A stretch of 64,000 bases of DNA from Gammaproteobacteria bacterium (GTDB lineage: Bacteria; Pseudomonadota; Gammaproteobacteria; Eutrophobiales; Eutrophobiaceae), in the NCBI GenBank assembly GCA_965116495.1, contig OZ220696.1:4064001-4128000 (forward strand). Reading direction: 5' to 3'. The notes beneath the pieces are model-generated. The model was not told where the DNA came from. It worked only from the letters and a program-made list of their open reading frames with translations, and made no database searches. Below, one piece after another: positions 54,435 to 64,000 of the stretch (positions within the stretch are counted from its first letter, which is position 1; every line of letters begins with the position of its first letter). The position numbers and the translations under genes are program-made.

Positions 54435-54803
54435 ATGGAAAAGTTTGAAATAGCAGCCCAAGTCTGGTCCATGCTGACGGAGGCTGCCAAGAACAGAAAA
54501 GTGTTGTATTACAGTGATATCGATAGCAGTAATCCTCAAATGGTCGGGAAACTGTACCTGGAACCTGTACAGTCATACTGTCTACTCGAAGACCTGCCAG
54601 CTTTAACCGTTCTGGTTGTGGGACGGGCTACCGGTGTGCCAGGCACAGGATTTATTGCTGTTGAGCGTGAACAAATCCCAAGTGAAACACAAAAATGTTT
54701 TAATTTCGACTGGGCTGAAGTAAAACAACCAACTCCCGAAAAATTAATGGTCGCTGTAGAAAATTACCTTCTTGTGGTAAACCTGAGGCAAGGCAAAATT
54801 TAG
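54435..54803 (+). CDS. Hypothetical protein (possibly winged-helix-like)
   Basis: AAKNRKVLYY..LPALTVLVV..TGVPGTGF. Confidence 0.6.
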   Translation: MEKFEIAAQVWSMLTEAAKNRKVLYYSDIDSSNPQMVGKLYLEPVQSYCLLEDLPALTVLVVGRATGVPGTGFIAVEREQIPSETQKCFNFDWAEVKQPTPEKLMVAVENYLLVVNLRQGKI

Positions 54804-55609
54804 GGATTAGATACGAAATTCCATTGTGTCGTATCATAAATCTTTCCAACTGTTTCACTCGCCAAAACATATACCATTTCCATTGGTAACCCATATTCAT
54901 CTCTTATCAGTTGTGCAGGCAAGTTGTAAAGCGCAGATGCATCTGCGGAGGCTGTGACAGAAGCTACCATTGCATCAAGAATGTCGTCACGACCGACATC
55001 TTTGCGCTGAAAACATTCGAGTATCTTATTAAACTCCTGGCGGACGGAAGGACGGATGCGCTCTAAGACGGCAAGTCGTTCTTCTATTCCTGCCTGTTTA
55101 CTTTTCTTGAACTTCATGGCATTCCTTTCGTTGAGAGCCCAGAAGCATATCTCGGGGTGAATTTCTCGAATGAGGTGGCGAGCTTTTTTATCACTTCTCA
55201 TTAAATCATCAATTTCTCTAATTTTCGGCATGATCCCGAATGTTTGTTGAGACAGTCGCTTACCAGTTTTTTCCTGATTTTTTTTACAAGCTTCAACATA
55301 CGTTTCAGCACTAAGTGCGTAGCGCGCCGGAGCTCGAAACACACTGCTCCCTCGTGGTTTGCCAAGTTGCTTTCGAGCTTCTTTATCACACAAGCGTTCA
55401 TCTGGACTGTCTGATAGTCCAATTGGAATATCGACGAAAATTCGGTCTGAATAGTCTGATTTTTTAACTAATTCGCTAACTGTCGAGACTAAGCCCCAAT
55501 CAATTTTTCCATCCGGTTTCAGAGCGGTGAAGAACCAGACTTTATGGCAACCATCAACGCCGTAGGCTGTAATTGGGTGTGAATTAATTTGCTCTTGTAT
55601 ATTTTTCAC
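54800..55609 (-). CDS. DUF429-family predicted nuclease (RNase H-like)
   Basis: GVDGC..W, VDIPIGL, RLCDKEAR, EIHPE, DDILDA. Confidence 0.85.
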   Translation of the reverse strand: MKNIQEQINSHPITAYGVDGCHKVWFFTALKPDGKIDWGLVSTVSELVKKSDYSDRIFVDIPIGLSDSPDERLCDKEARKQLGKPRGSSVFRAPARYALSAETYVEACKKNQEKTGKRLSQQTFGIMPKIREIDDLMRSDKKARHLIREIHPEICFWALNERNAMKFKKSKQAGIEERLAVLERIRPSVRQEFNKILECFQRKDVGRDDILDAMVASVTASADASALYNLPAQLIRDEYGLPMEMVYVLASETVGKIYDTTQWNFVSNP

Positions 55610-55719
55610 GAGGTCAAGTCAGATAATTAAGACGACACTTAGAAACTTTACATCTCGGATATCCTGACTCCGGACTTGACATTCACTGGTTGAATGGATG
55701 ATTTTGAGATAGATTTAAA

Positions 55720-56084
55720 GGAACCTCTATTAATTCGGTGCAATGATATAATACGGGTTACTGATTTCAACCCACACTTTCCTGTTTGATGGTGCTGCCA
55801 TGAAGAACACCCAAGACCTGTCCGGTTCCTTTTTTGACTTACAAGATGCCCGTTTGACGAAGCTGAAGGACCCGCTGGTGCAGTTGGGCGAGGTGGTGGA
55901 CTGGGAGGCATTCCATCCGTTGCTGGTGCGTATCCGGCCCACCGGGCGCAAGAGCAATGCGGGGGCGCCGCGCCGGGATGAGGCGCTGATGTTCAAGGGG
56001 CTGGTGATTCAGCATTTATACGGGTTGAGTGATGAGCAGTTGGAGTACCAGATAGAGGATCGGCGCAGTTTCCAGCGGTTTCTG
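55720..56084 (+). mobile_element. Truncated IS5-family element (left IR plus transposase N-terminus)
   Basis: GGAACCTCTATTAAT left end; DPLVQL..VDWEAF..QHLYGLSDEQLEYQIEDRRSFQRFL, then an abrupt break. Confidence 0.85.
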
Positions 56085-56085
56085 T

Positions 56086-56322
56086 ATTGTGTCCTTAGAA
56101 TTATGCTAACCACCCCCATGCGACGTGTGCGGCAAACCCACACGCTGGGTGTGTCTTGACTGCTATTAAGGCGATGAAGAAGTCGAGCGAAGCTTTGCCT
56201 GCGAAGAGCACGCTGGTGCCCATGAAGAACACGACGAGCACGGTGGTCTGATGGGTTTCTTCAAATCCCCGCGCTCAGGTGTTTGTGGCTACGACGGTCC
56301 GGCTACGCCACCTTGTTGTAGG
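56086..56322 (+). pseudogene. C-terminal remnant of a Zn-finger protein (pRiA4b ORF-3-like family)
   Basis: PCDVCGKPTRWVCLDCY*GDEE..ACEEHA..KSPRSGVCGYDGP, with internal stops. Confidence 0.55.
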
Positions 56323-56517
56323 GTTGGCGGCACAGCCAGTGAGGATTATGACAACAAGGAAAACGACCAATTTACGCATTGTGAAGATATGGTATCTGAG
56401 TGCGTACTAACGTGAGGTTATCCCAGCGGAACAACGTGCGGTTGACCAAATTAGTATCCATGCTGTAATGGTAAGGTCAGATATCAAGTATCGTAACGTA
56501 CTGCGATTATGAATTTT

Positions 56518-56757
56518 TTAGAAACCGCCCGCGATGGTGGGATCAGTTTCGATGATCATTGCGTCGCGGGAGGTGTCACATTTCTCACAGCGTCTGGTTT
56601 TATTGGGTCTGCCCTCGCTATAGGGTAGACCTGCTCCACAGTCTATGCACCGCCATTCGTCTGTCCTCGTAATGACTTCTCCTGATCGACAGGTACCATA
56701 CTCCCGCCTTTTTCGTTTGATGCGCACATCATCAGGGCTTCCCCGCCATTTGTTCAT
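56518..56757 (-). CDS. Possible small Zn-ribbon protein
   Basis: CIDC..CEKC; GAGG RBS. Confidence 0.35.
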   Translation of the reverse strand: MNKWRGSPDDVRIKRKRREYGTCRSGEVITRTDEWRCIDCGAGLPYSEGRPNKTRRCEKCDTSRDAMIIETDPTIAGGF

Positions 56758-57061
56758 TTACAATACCTCGGGAATAACAACAGACATGGCCGCCGCCTGT
56801 ACAGAAGAAGCAACAGGCATGTATTTAAGGCACAACAAATATTTTGTGCTTGATCTATTCCTGCTCCAGCATTTATTCATTGACGCGATTTTTCGGACCA
56901 CATTTTAGAGTAATTTTACTCAATGATCAAAACCAACCAGCAGGACCTGTTCACTGTTCACGCAAAAATTCAGGCGCAAAATCGGTGCCATTACTCCATG
57001 AGAGAGTATGGCCCGAACAGTATCCTTCACTCTGACGCTGCTATCAGATGAATTGCTGTCA

Positions 57062-58303
57062 ATGAAAAAGAAAAAACCAATAAAGAATTTAGCATTTCAG
57101 TTGCAAAAAGCCCCGATGCACTATAGACGTGATGGAGTAGAGGTTTATTTATGTGCGGTCCGTAAGATGTTTGTACACGTTACTGAAGAAGAGAGGGTGC
57201 GACAAGAGTTCATTGTTTTTTTGCGGGAAGAAGTTGGTGTTCCGGAAAAAATGTTACGAGTCGAACAGGCAATGTCACATTACAAAAGGGGAGCCAGGGG
57301 ACGCGCAGATATCGTAGGCCATGCCACACCGGAAAACCCCCTTTTTATAGTAGAGTGCAAAAAGCCTGAAACGCCATTGACACAGGATGTCTTTGAACAG
57401 GCAGAGACCTATGCAGATTGTTCCGGCAGTGGGATGGTACTTACTACTAATGGCAGCGATACTGAAGTAACAGTGCTAGAAAATGGGAAATGGCATAGCG
57501 CAAAAGGAATCTTGACTTACAAAGAAATGATGAAGATCGGAGACTATGATTACAGGAAATCTGAGAAAAAACCATGGAAGCGCCCTGCATACAAGAACAC
57601 ATCCAGGGCGATAAAAACCGGGAGATTTGATTTTGGGACTGGTAAAAAAGGTCATCGTGACTATGGTTGCTTTGGCGTTGACAGTCCCACAGAAAATTTG
57701 CTTTTTTTCGCTAATCTGGCGGGCCTGTTACTGGACGAGAATGAATCTCCAAAACTGCCGATCAGAAACAAAAATATTACTATCAGAGAAGATTTAAAAT
57801 TACGTTATCGCAGTTTTGGAAATGCCGCTGGTGGGGGGTATACGAGTCATTATCGTAGTTTTATCGTTAAGGATAAGGAGGGCGATGCTCAGATTATAAG
57901 CTTATCAATTACAGGGACAATGTCGCGCAAAGGTCACCCAAAACTTGGAAATCGAAGGGGGAATACACAGTTGAATCTTGCAATTGACGATTATGAAAAA
58001 CGACCCCATCACTCTTTGCAACTGGATATGGATAAATTCGTCGAACGAAGCCGGCAACAGGCATTGATTTGGCATGATGGGACAATGACAGTTGGAAATA
58101 AAGGTAGTGTAAAGCGAAATCTTGTCCTTGAATATGTTAGAGCAGAGTTGCCGCATCTACTGCGAGGCGATAAGATCTTACTTGGGAAGTTACCCAATGA
58201 TCGTAACATTGGCTGGCAGGATGCCAGACGGTTTTTGATCAACTGTATTGAATATGCTCTCGTGCGTGACGAATATAGAGGAATTTATAGCAGTAAAGCC
58301 TGA
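57062..58303 (+). CDS. Stand-alone HsdR_N-type PD-(D/E)xK nuclease domain protein
   Basis: TEEERVRQ..GRADIV..IVECK..FEQAETYA..TTNG; no helicase motifs; start at 57008 or 57062. Confidence 0.8.
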   Translation: MKKKKPIKNLAFQLQKAPMHYRRDGVEVYLCAVRKMFVHVTEEERVRQEFIVFLREEVGVPEKMLRVEQAMSHYKRGARGRADIVGHATPENPLFIVECKKPETPLTQDVFEQAETYADCSGSGMVLTTNGSDTEVTVLENGKWHSAKGILTYKEMMKIGDYDYRKSEKKPWKRPAYKNTSRAIKTGRFDFGTGKKGHRDYGCFGVDSPTENLLFFANLAGLLLDENESPKLPIRNKNITIREDLKLRYRSFGNAAGGGYTSHYRSFIVKDKEGDAQIISLSITGTMSRKGHPKLGNRRGNTQLNLAIDDYEKRPHHSLQLDMDKFVERSRQQALIWHDGTMTVGNKGSVKRNLVLEYVRAELPHLLRGDKILLGKLPNDRNIGWQDARRFLINCIEYALVRDEYRGIYSSKA

Positions 58304-59654
58304 ATCTAAAGAAAAATTGTCGTACGCCCTTGAGCGCGCAGTAACACAAGGTTGATGCCGTCAACGTAAACTCTGGTTCGCATAGTCTCTCAGAATTGGA
58401 CGGTAACCGAGAAGACAGGCATGGAGCAACTGGATCATTCAACGGGAGCGCAGACAACAAGCTTTAACGGGGGACTGTAAATATTTCCGTGGTGCGACAC
58501 GAAGTCGCTTTTATGATTGTTTCATCCAATCAAGGAGGTAATGGATAAGAAACCCGTTGTCCCATCAATGGTTCCCTACCCGGCTGTGCGATGGCAGTGA
58601 TGCTGTGGTGCAAAGCGTCGGGGACAATGTAGTCGAGGATTTCCGAGGTGAAAACCGCGAGGCAATCACCGAATCTGCCAGCCTCAGGGCGGTAACGGCG
58701 CTAGGGACGGTGGTATGGTCAGCATATGCGAATCTCCATAAGCATCGTAATTTTTGAGGAGCTAAAGAGGCTGATAAGCTCCGACCAAAACGGTAAGTGA
58801 CCAGGCATACCCCCTCACAGATAGGGTATCGTGGGCGATGCGTCACCGGTGTAAGGGAGAGACCTAACCCGCCATCTGTCATAGAAGTGGAACGTGGAAA
58901 CCCTGTACGGTTCCGTAAGGTAAGTCGCCCGCGAGGGAGTCTGATGACTGTGCAGACCCAGGATGTCGGAAGAAGCGAATGGCCGGCTGTAACGGTCGGC
59001 ATACGGGTTTTAATGTTACCCGCCCCGAAAGGGGAGCCTACGTCCGACGGGTCCTTAATGGCAAGAGCGTTTGAGGAATCGGTAGAATGAGGAAAGGCAA
59101 ATGACGCCTTCGGGCGGTGCATCCTCAGCGACAACTCTCTGGAATTCCATAGACTGGAAAGCCGCGGAGAGTTGCGTGCGCCGACTTCAGATCCGTATTG
59201 CCAAGGCAGTCCGGGAAAGACGCTGGGGTAAGGTAAAAGCCCTGCAACGGCTCCTCTCCCACAGTCACTCAGCCAAGCTCTTGGCGGTAAGACGAGTGAC
59301 ACAAAATCGTGGTCGAAACACCCCGGGTGTGGACGGCACGGTCTGGCAGCTACCGAACCAGAAATGGTTGGCTGCGTTGGCCCTGACCAGTCGAGGTTAT
59401 CGGGCTTCACCCCTGAGGCGTATCTACATTCCCAAGAAGAACGGGAGGAAGCGTCCTCTTGGGCTCCCTGTCATGCATGACCGAGCCATGCAGGCACTCT
59501 ATCTCATGGCACTGGAACCGGTGGCAGAAACTCAGGCCGATATCCATTCTTATGGATTCAGGCCGGGGCGATCCACCGCCGACGCTGTGGAACGGTGCTT
59601 TACAGTGCTTTGTCAGAGATCATGCGCCCAGTGGATTCTGGAGGGGGACATTAA

Positions 59655-61741
59655 CCCAAGTTTACCAAGATTCACTGGCATTTAGTTGGATGTTGCTATT
59701 TTCTGCCGGGTTCGTCATCGTAACGCATTGATTTTTGGTGAGTGACGGGTTGTCTGGCCATTGTAGTGCCATAATATGAATATTTATATTGACATCGGTG
59801 TGGTAGAGCGGTATCCTCTCCCCCTATGTTCATCCGCCGTACCCTCACCCGCCGTACCGACGGCCAGGCCTATTACTCCCACCGCCTGGTGCACAGTGAG
59901 CGCGCGGGCACCAAGGTGCGCCAACGCACCCTGCTGAACCTCGGCAGCGAGTTTGCTATCGATAAACAACACTGGCCGACCCTGTGCCAACGTATTGAGG
60001 CGTTGCGCCAGGGCCAGACGTCGCTGCTGGCGAGCCTGCCCGCCGGCGTGGAGAGTGCGGCACAACAGATTAGCGCCCAACTGCTGGCCCGGTCTCGACC
60101 GGACGAGACGGGAACGGCGCCGGCGTGGATGGCAGTCGATCTGGACTCGCTGGCCTTGACCCGCCCGCGCAGCGTGGGCGTGGAGCAGGTGGGGTTGTGG
60201 GCCCTGGCACAGGTGGGGCTGGACGAGTTACTCGCGGCACAGGGCGTCAATGCATCCCTGCGCGCCGCCACCATCGGCTCCATCGTGGGCCGGCTGGCGT
60301 GCCCGGCCTCGGAGCGGGCCACCCATGCCTGGTTATGCGAGCGCAGTGCCCTGGGCGAGTTGCTGGACGTGAACTTCGAACGCATGGGCGCCATGCAGTT
60401 GTACCGGGCTTCCGATGCGCTGCTCAAACACCGTGCGGTCATTGAGACACACCTGTTCGCGCAGGCCATGGACTTGTTTGACCTGGCGCCGACGGTCACC
60501 CTGTATGACCTGACCAACACCTACTACGAGGGCGAGGCCCACGGGCAGCCGCTGGCGCAGCGCGGCCATTCGAAAGAGAAACGCAGCGACTGCAAGCTGC
60601 TCACCCTGGGGCTGGTGCTCGATGCGAGCGGCTTCGTGCGCCGTTCACGGGTGTTTGCCGGCAACGTGCGCGAGGAGACCACCCTGGCCGGGATGCTGGA
60701 GGCGCTCAAGACCCCGCCGGGGGCCTTGGTCATTCTCGACCGGGGCATCGCCACCGAGGCGCAGGTCACCTGGCTCAAGGATAACGACTACCGTTACATC
60801 GTGGTGAGCCGGGAACAACAGCGCCGGTTCGACGTGGACGCCGCCCTGGCCCATCGTACCCGTGGGGGCGAGACGGTCCAACTGGAGCAGGTGGCCGATG
60901 CCAAGGCCGGTGAGGTGCGCCTGTACTGTTACTCGGCGGCGCGGGCCGAGAAAGAGCGCGCCATCGCCGAACGCTTCATGGCGCGCTTTGAGCAGGGCCT
61001 CAGCGCGCTGCACGAGGGCCTGTCCCGGCCGCGTACGCGCAAGCAGCCAGGCTACGTCCGGGAACGTATCGGACGCTTGAAAGCCCGCAGCCACGGCATC
61101 GGCCAGCACTATACCATCGAGGTCGACACCGATGCCAAGGGCCAACGGGCCGTGGCCGTACGCTGGCAGCGCCAGCCGGTCACCGGCTCGATGCTCACCC
61201 ACCCCGGCATCTATTGCCTGCGCAGCAACCTCACCGACTGGGATGAGGCGCGGCTGTGGCAGACCTACACCCTGCTCACCGACATCGAAGCAGTGTTCCG
61301 CGCCTTGAAATCCGAGCTGGGATTGCGCCCCATCTATCACCGCACGCCCCGACGCGCCGAGGGCCACCTGTTCATCACCGTCATCGCCTACCAACTGGTC
61401 CAGGTGGTCCGCCGTCGTCTGGCCGCGCACGGCGATGAATCCTGCCGCAACGCAAGTTGGACCACGCTGCGGCGCATCCTCGGCGCCCGTCAGCGGGTGA
61501 CCGCCACGGTCCGGCGCAAAGACGGACGTACCGTGCACGTGCGCAAGGCCACCCGTCCGGAACCGCCGCAACAGGCCATCCTGGACGCCTTGGGAATTCG
61601 TGGACCACCCGGCGGTACGCAGAAAGAGATCGTCTGAGTACAGCGTCCGCAACATGGCGCGAATGTAGTGCCATAAGCGGAATTATGTCAATCTAACCCA
61701 TTGACATATAACGATTTATTTTTTAGATTGGTAAACTTGGG
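59655..61741 (+). mobile_element. IS1634-family element
   Basis: Perfect 14-bp terminal IR CCCAAGTTTACCAA; TTAA duplicated at 59651-59654 and 61742-61745. Confidence 0.93.
59826..61637 (+). CDS. IS1634-family DDE transposase
   Basis: YDLTNTYYEG, RGHSKEKRSD, LDRG, IEAVFRALKSELGLRPIYH. Confidence 0.92.
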   Translation: MFIRRTLTRRTDGQAYYSHRLVHSERAGTKVRQRTLLNLGSEFAIDKQHWPTLCQRIEALRQGQTSLLASLPAGVESAAQQISAQLLARSRPDETGTAPAWMAVDLDSLALTRPRSVGVEQVGLWALAQVGLDELLAAQGVNASLRAATIGSIVGRLACPASERATHAWLCERSALGELLDVNFERMGAMQLYRASDALLKHRAVIETHLFAQAMDLFDLAPTVTLYDLTNTYYEGEAHGQPLAQRGHSKEKRSDCKLLTLGLVLDASGFVRRSRVFAGNVREETTLAGMLEALKTPPGALVILDRGIATEAQVTWLKDNDYRYIVVSREQQRRFDVDAALAHRTRGGETVQLEQVADAKAGEVRLYCYSAARAEKERAIAERFMARFEQGLSALHEGLSRPRTRKQPGYVRERIGRLKARSHGIGQHYTIEVDTDAKGQRAVAVRWQRQPVTGSMLTHPGIYCLRSNLTDWDEARLWQTYTLLTDIEAVFRALKSELGLRPIYHRTPRRAEGHLFITVIAYQLVQVVRRRLAAHGDESCRNASWTTLRRILGARQRVTATVRRKDGRTVHVRKATRPEPPQQAILDALGIRGPPGGTQKEIV

Positions 61742-62757
61742 TTAAGGGTTGCTTTGATAATATCGACCATGGCTGGCTGTATGAGCACATTCCGATGGAT
61801 CGGAAGGTATTGCGGCAGTGGCTGGCCTCGGGCTATCTCGAAGGTAAGACACCCTTCCCCACCCTGGCAGGAACACCACAGGGCGGCGTTATCTCATCGT
61901 GTCTGGCAAATATGGTTCTCGATGGACTGGAAGATGTGGTAGCACGCATTACCAAGCCGTCGGACAAGGTCCATGTTATCAGATATGCGGATGATTTTGT
62001 GGTCACAGGGGCTTCGCAAGAAGTACTTGAGCACCGTATTAAGCCTGCCATTGAAGAATTTCTGCTAGGAAGAGGCCTACGCCTATCGGAAGAGAAAACG
62101 CTGATAACCTCAGTTCACGAAGGCTTTGATTTTCTGGGTTTCAACGTCCGCAAATATGGGCGTAAGTTGTTGATCAAGCCCAGCAAGAGCAGTATCAAGT
62201 CTTTTCTGGACGGAATTCGTGAGGAGATAAAGCGCAGTGTTGGCGTACCTACGATTGGGTTGATCCGTCGGCTCAATCAGAACATACGTGGTTGGGTGAA
62301 TTACTACCGCCATGTAGTCGCCAAACAAGCCTTCGGATTTGTGGATAACGTGATATTTTGGGCAGTATGGAAATGGAGTCGTCGGCGTCACCCCAACAAA
62401 TCAGCGAATTGGAGGTACAGGAAGTACTTTGCTGGTCACGGGAAGCGCAAATGGAACCTCCATGCGCCCTTTGTGGGTAAGGACGGAGTCGTCAAGGCTT
62501 TGTCTTTGATTCAGGCATCAGCCACGCCCATTCGCCGACATCGACAATTAATCGCAGCGGCAACCCCGTATGATCCTGAGTTCTTTGAATATTTTGAGAG
62601 CAGGTCGCGCAAGGTTGCCATGGTGCCGCCGTGGACTACCGGGTCGCTATCCAGCGACTTTATAAGGGCTTGAGCCGTGTGCTGGGAAACCCGCACGCAC
62701 GGTTCTTAGGAGAGGGAGTGGCAGCAATGCCACTCTCTTATCCGACTAAATCGCCGG

Positions 62758-63966
62758 TTAAACATAGTCAATCAGCCGGTCCTCAAACTCAATGATAAAC
62801 CGGTTCAGCGCCCCCTTCCAGTTCCGGATCGGCATGGTCCATTTTTTTGACGCATCCATGATCGCCAGGTAAACGACCTTCCGGGCCGAATCGTCAGATG
62901 GGAACAGCTTGCGTTTATTGATGGCCTTGCGGACCACGCTGTTCAGGGATTCAATGGCATTGGTCGTATATATTGCCTTGCGAATGTCGTCCGGATAGCG
63001 AAACAGGGTGCTCAGGTTTTGCCAATGCTGGCGCCAGGTACGACTGATATGGGGGTATTTCTCATCCCAGCGTTCCGCGAACCGCTCCAGCGCCAGTAGC
63101 GCCTCGTCCTCGGTAGCCGACTGGTAGATCTGCTTTAAATCCGCCGCCACGGCCTTGTAGTCCTTCCAGACCACATACTTCATGGCATTGCGCACCAGGT
63201 GCACAATACAGAGCTGCACCTGCGTGTCCGGAAACACGTTGCCGATGGCGTCGGGGAACCCCTTGAGCCCGTCCACGCAGGCAATCAGGATGTCCTTCAC
63301 CCCGCGCGTCTGCAGCTCCGTGAGAATAGCCAGCCAGAACTTGGCCCCCTCATGCTCAGCCAGCCACAGGCCCAGTAACTCCTTGTGACCCGACAGGTTC
63401 ACCCCCAGGGCCAGGTAGATGGCCTTGTTGATAACCCGCTTGTCCTGGCGAATCTTCACCACGATACAATCCAGGTACACAATCGGATACACCGCTTCCA
63501 GCGGCCGGGACTGCCACTCCACCACGCGCTCAAGGATCGCATCCGTGACCCGGGATATCAGTGTCAGGGAAATCTCCGCAGCGTACATCTCCTTGAAGGT
63601 GGCCACGATCTCGCGGGTGGTCATGCCCTTGGCATACAAACTCAGGATTTTATCGTCCATGGAGGTAAAACGCCGTTGCCCCTTCTTCACCAGCTTCGGT
63701 TCGAAGCTGCCTTGCCGGTCACGCGGCGTCTCCAGTTCAAACTGGCCCTCACCGGTGCTCAGCGTCTTGCTGCCGTAGCCGTTGCGGCTGTTGGCGTTCT
63801 CCGATTGTTCGTGGCGGGCGTAGCCCAGGTGGTCCTCCAACTCGGCGTTCAGCGCCGCCTCCACCGTGACCTTGGTCAGCATCTGGCTGAACTCGTTCAG
63901 GTCTTCCTCGGTTTTAAGCCCCTTCGCTACTTCACGCGCGAAGGCTTCCAGTGCTTGCTTTTTCAT
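62758..63966 (-). CDS. IS256-family transposase
   Basis: SRNGY, PRDRQGSFEP, VYLDC, CVDGLKGF, QLCIVH, YTTNAIES. Confidence 0.95.
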   Translation of the reverse strand: MKKQALEAFAREVAKGLKTEEDLNEFSQMLTKVTVEAALNAELEDHLGYARHEQSENANSRNGYGSKTLSTGEGQFELETPRDRQGSFEPKLVKKGQRRFTSMDDKILSLYAKGMTTREIVATFKEMYAAEISLTLISRVTDAILERVVEWQSRPLEAVYPIVYLDCIVVKIRQDKRVINKAIYLALGVNLSGHKELLGLWLAEHEGAKFWLAILTELQTRGVKDILIACVDGLKGFPDAIGNVFPDTQVQLCIVHLVRNAMKYVVWKDYKAVAADLKQIYQSATEDEALLALERFAERWDEKYPHISRTWRQHWQNLSTLFRYPDDIRKAIYTTNAIESLNSVVRKAINKRKLFPSDDSARKVVYLAIMDASKKWTMPIRNWKGALNRFIIEFEDRLIDYV

Positions 63967-64000
63967 GATACCTATCCTCACCCATAGTTAAGGTTAATGA

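Larger units (their letters stand above)
59101..62673 (+). pseudogene. ltrA: Intron-encoded RT/maturase split by IS1634
   Basis: WNSIDW, TPGVDG, YGFRPGRS, EGDIK|GCFD rejoined across the IS, GTPQGG, YADD, X domain; rejoined length 493 aa. Confidence 0.92.
58492..62746 (+). mobile_element. Group II intron (CL-like RT, no HNH domain)
   Basis: 5' GTGCG at 58492; domain V GAGCCGTGTGCTGGGAAACCCGCACGCACGGTTC from 62672; domain VI ending TCCGAC at 62746. Confidence 0.92.
58471..64000 (-). mobile_element. IS256-family element whose right terminal IR is split by the group II intron; the other end lies outside the window
   Basis: Removing the intron gives GGGACTGTAAATATTTCCGTG|TAAA, whose outer end lies 32 bp beyond the transposase stop. 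Confidence 0.8.

Noticed and set aside
56121-56150. Resemblance to group II intron domain V (CGTGTGCGGCAAACCCACACGC)
   Set aside because: It lacks the GAGC start and domain VI, and is better explained as coding sequence for CDVCGKPTRW.
58565-59410. 281-aa antisense ORF over the intron 5' region
   Set aside because: It overlaps the structured ribozyme and the RT, with no recognisable motif.
60645-61655. Long antisense ORFs here and over other GC-rich genes (e.g. 21129-22022, 46955-47746)
   Set aside because: These are expected shadows of GC-rich codon usage opposite well-supported genes.
59101-62673. RT as a retron, DGR or defence RT
   Set aside because: The group II intron boundaries, domains V/VI and the X domain are clear.

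Overview
A 64-kb chromosomal segment, most likely from a Gammaproteobacterium (inferred from protein types and gene order). The core backbone is nhaA, fdxA, mutS, htpG, nbaC/nbaD, prmB, soxCD, aroC, tldD, a nitrilase-family gene, hom, thrC, recJ, prfB (programmed frameshift), lysS, argG, aceEF, bcp and paaI/Z/K. It is interrupted by accessory material: a Zn-ribbon DNA methyltransferase, five intact or decayed toxin-antitoxin modules plus a Fic gene, an EGKCG-repeat RiPP operon (DUF692/DUF2063), and an AT-rich defence island with two AlbA_2/Schlafen-like domains. The GmrSD gene of that island is split by an IS110 element with long non-coding ends. The right end holds a three-level nest: an IS1634 sits inside the RT gene of a group II intron, and the intron sits inside the terminal inverted repeat of an IS256; its predicted EBS1 matches that repeat. 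Two families of GGGGAC/GGGGTC palindromic repeats are dispersed through the core region and supply the ends of several proteins. Other notable items are an NCS2 permease fused to a degenerate RsbW-like domain, a candidate C-rich-loop small RNA upstream of aceE, and several operators visible directly in the sequence. No rRNA, tRNA or CRISPR array was seen. All family assignments come from motif recognition by eye; no database search was run.
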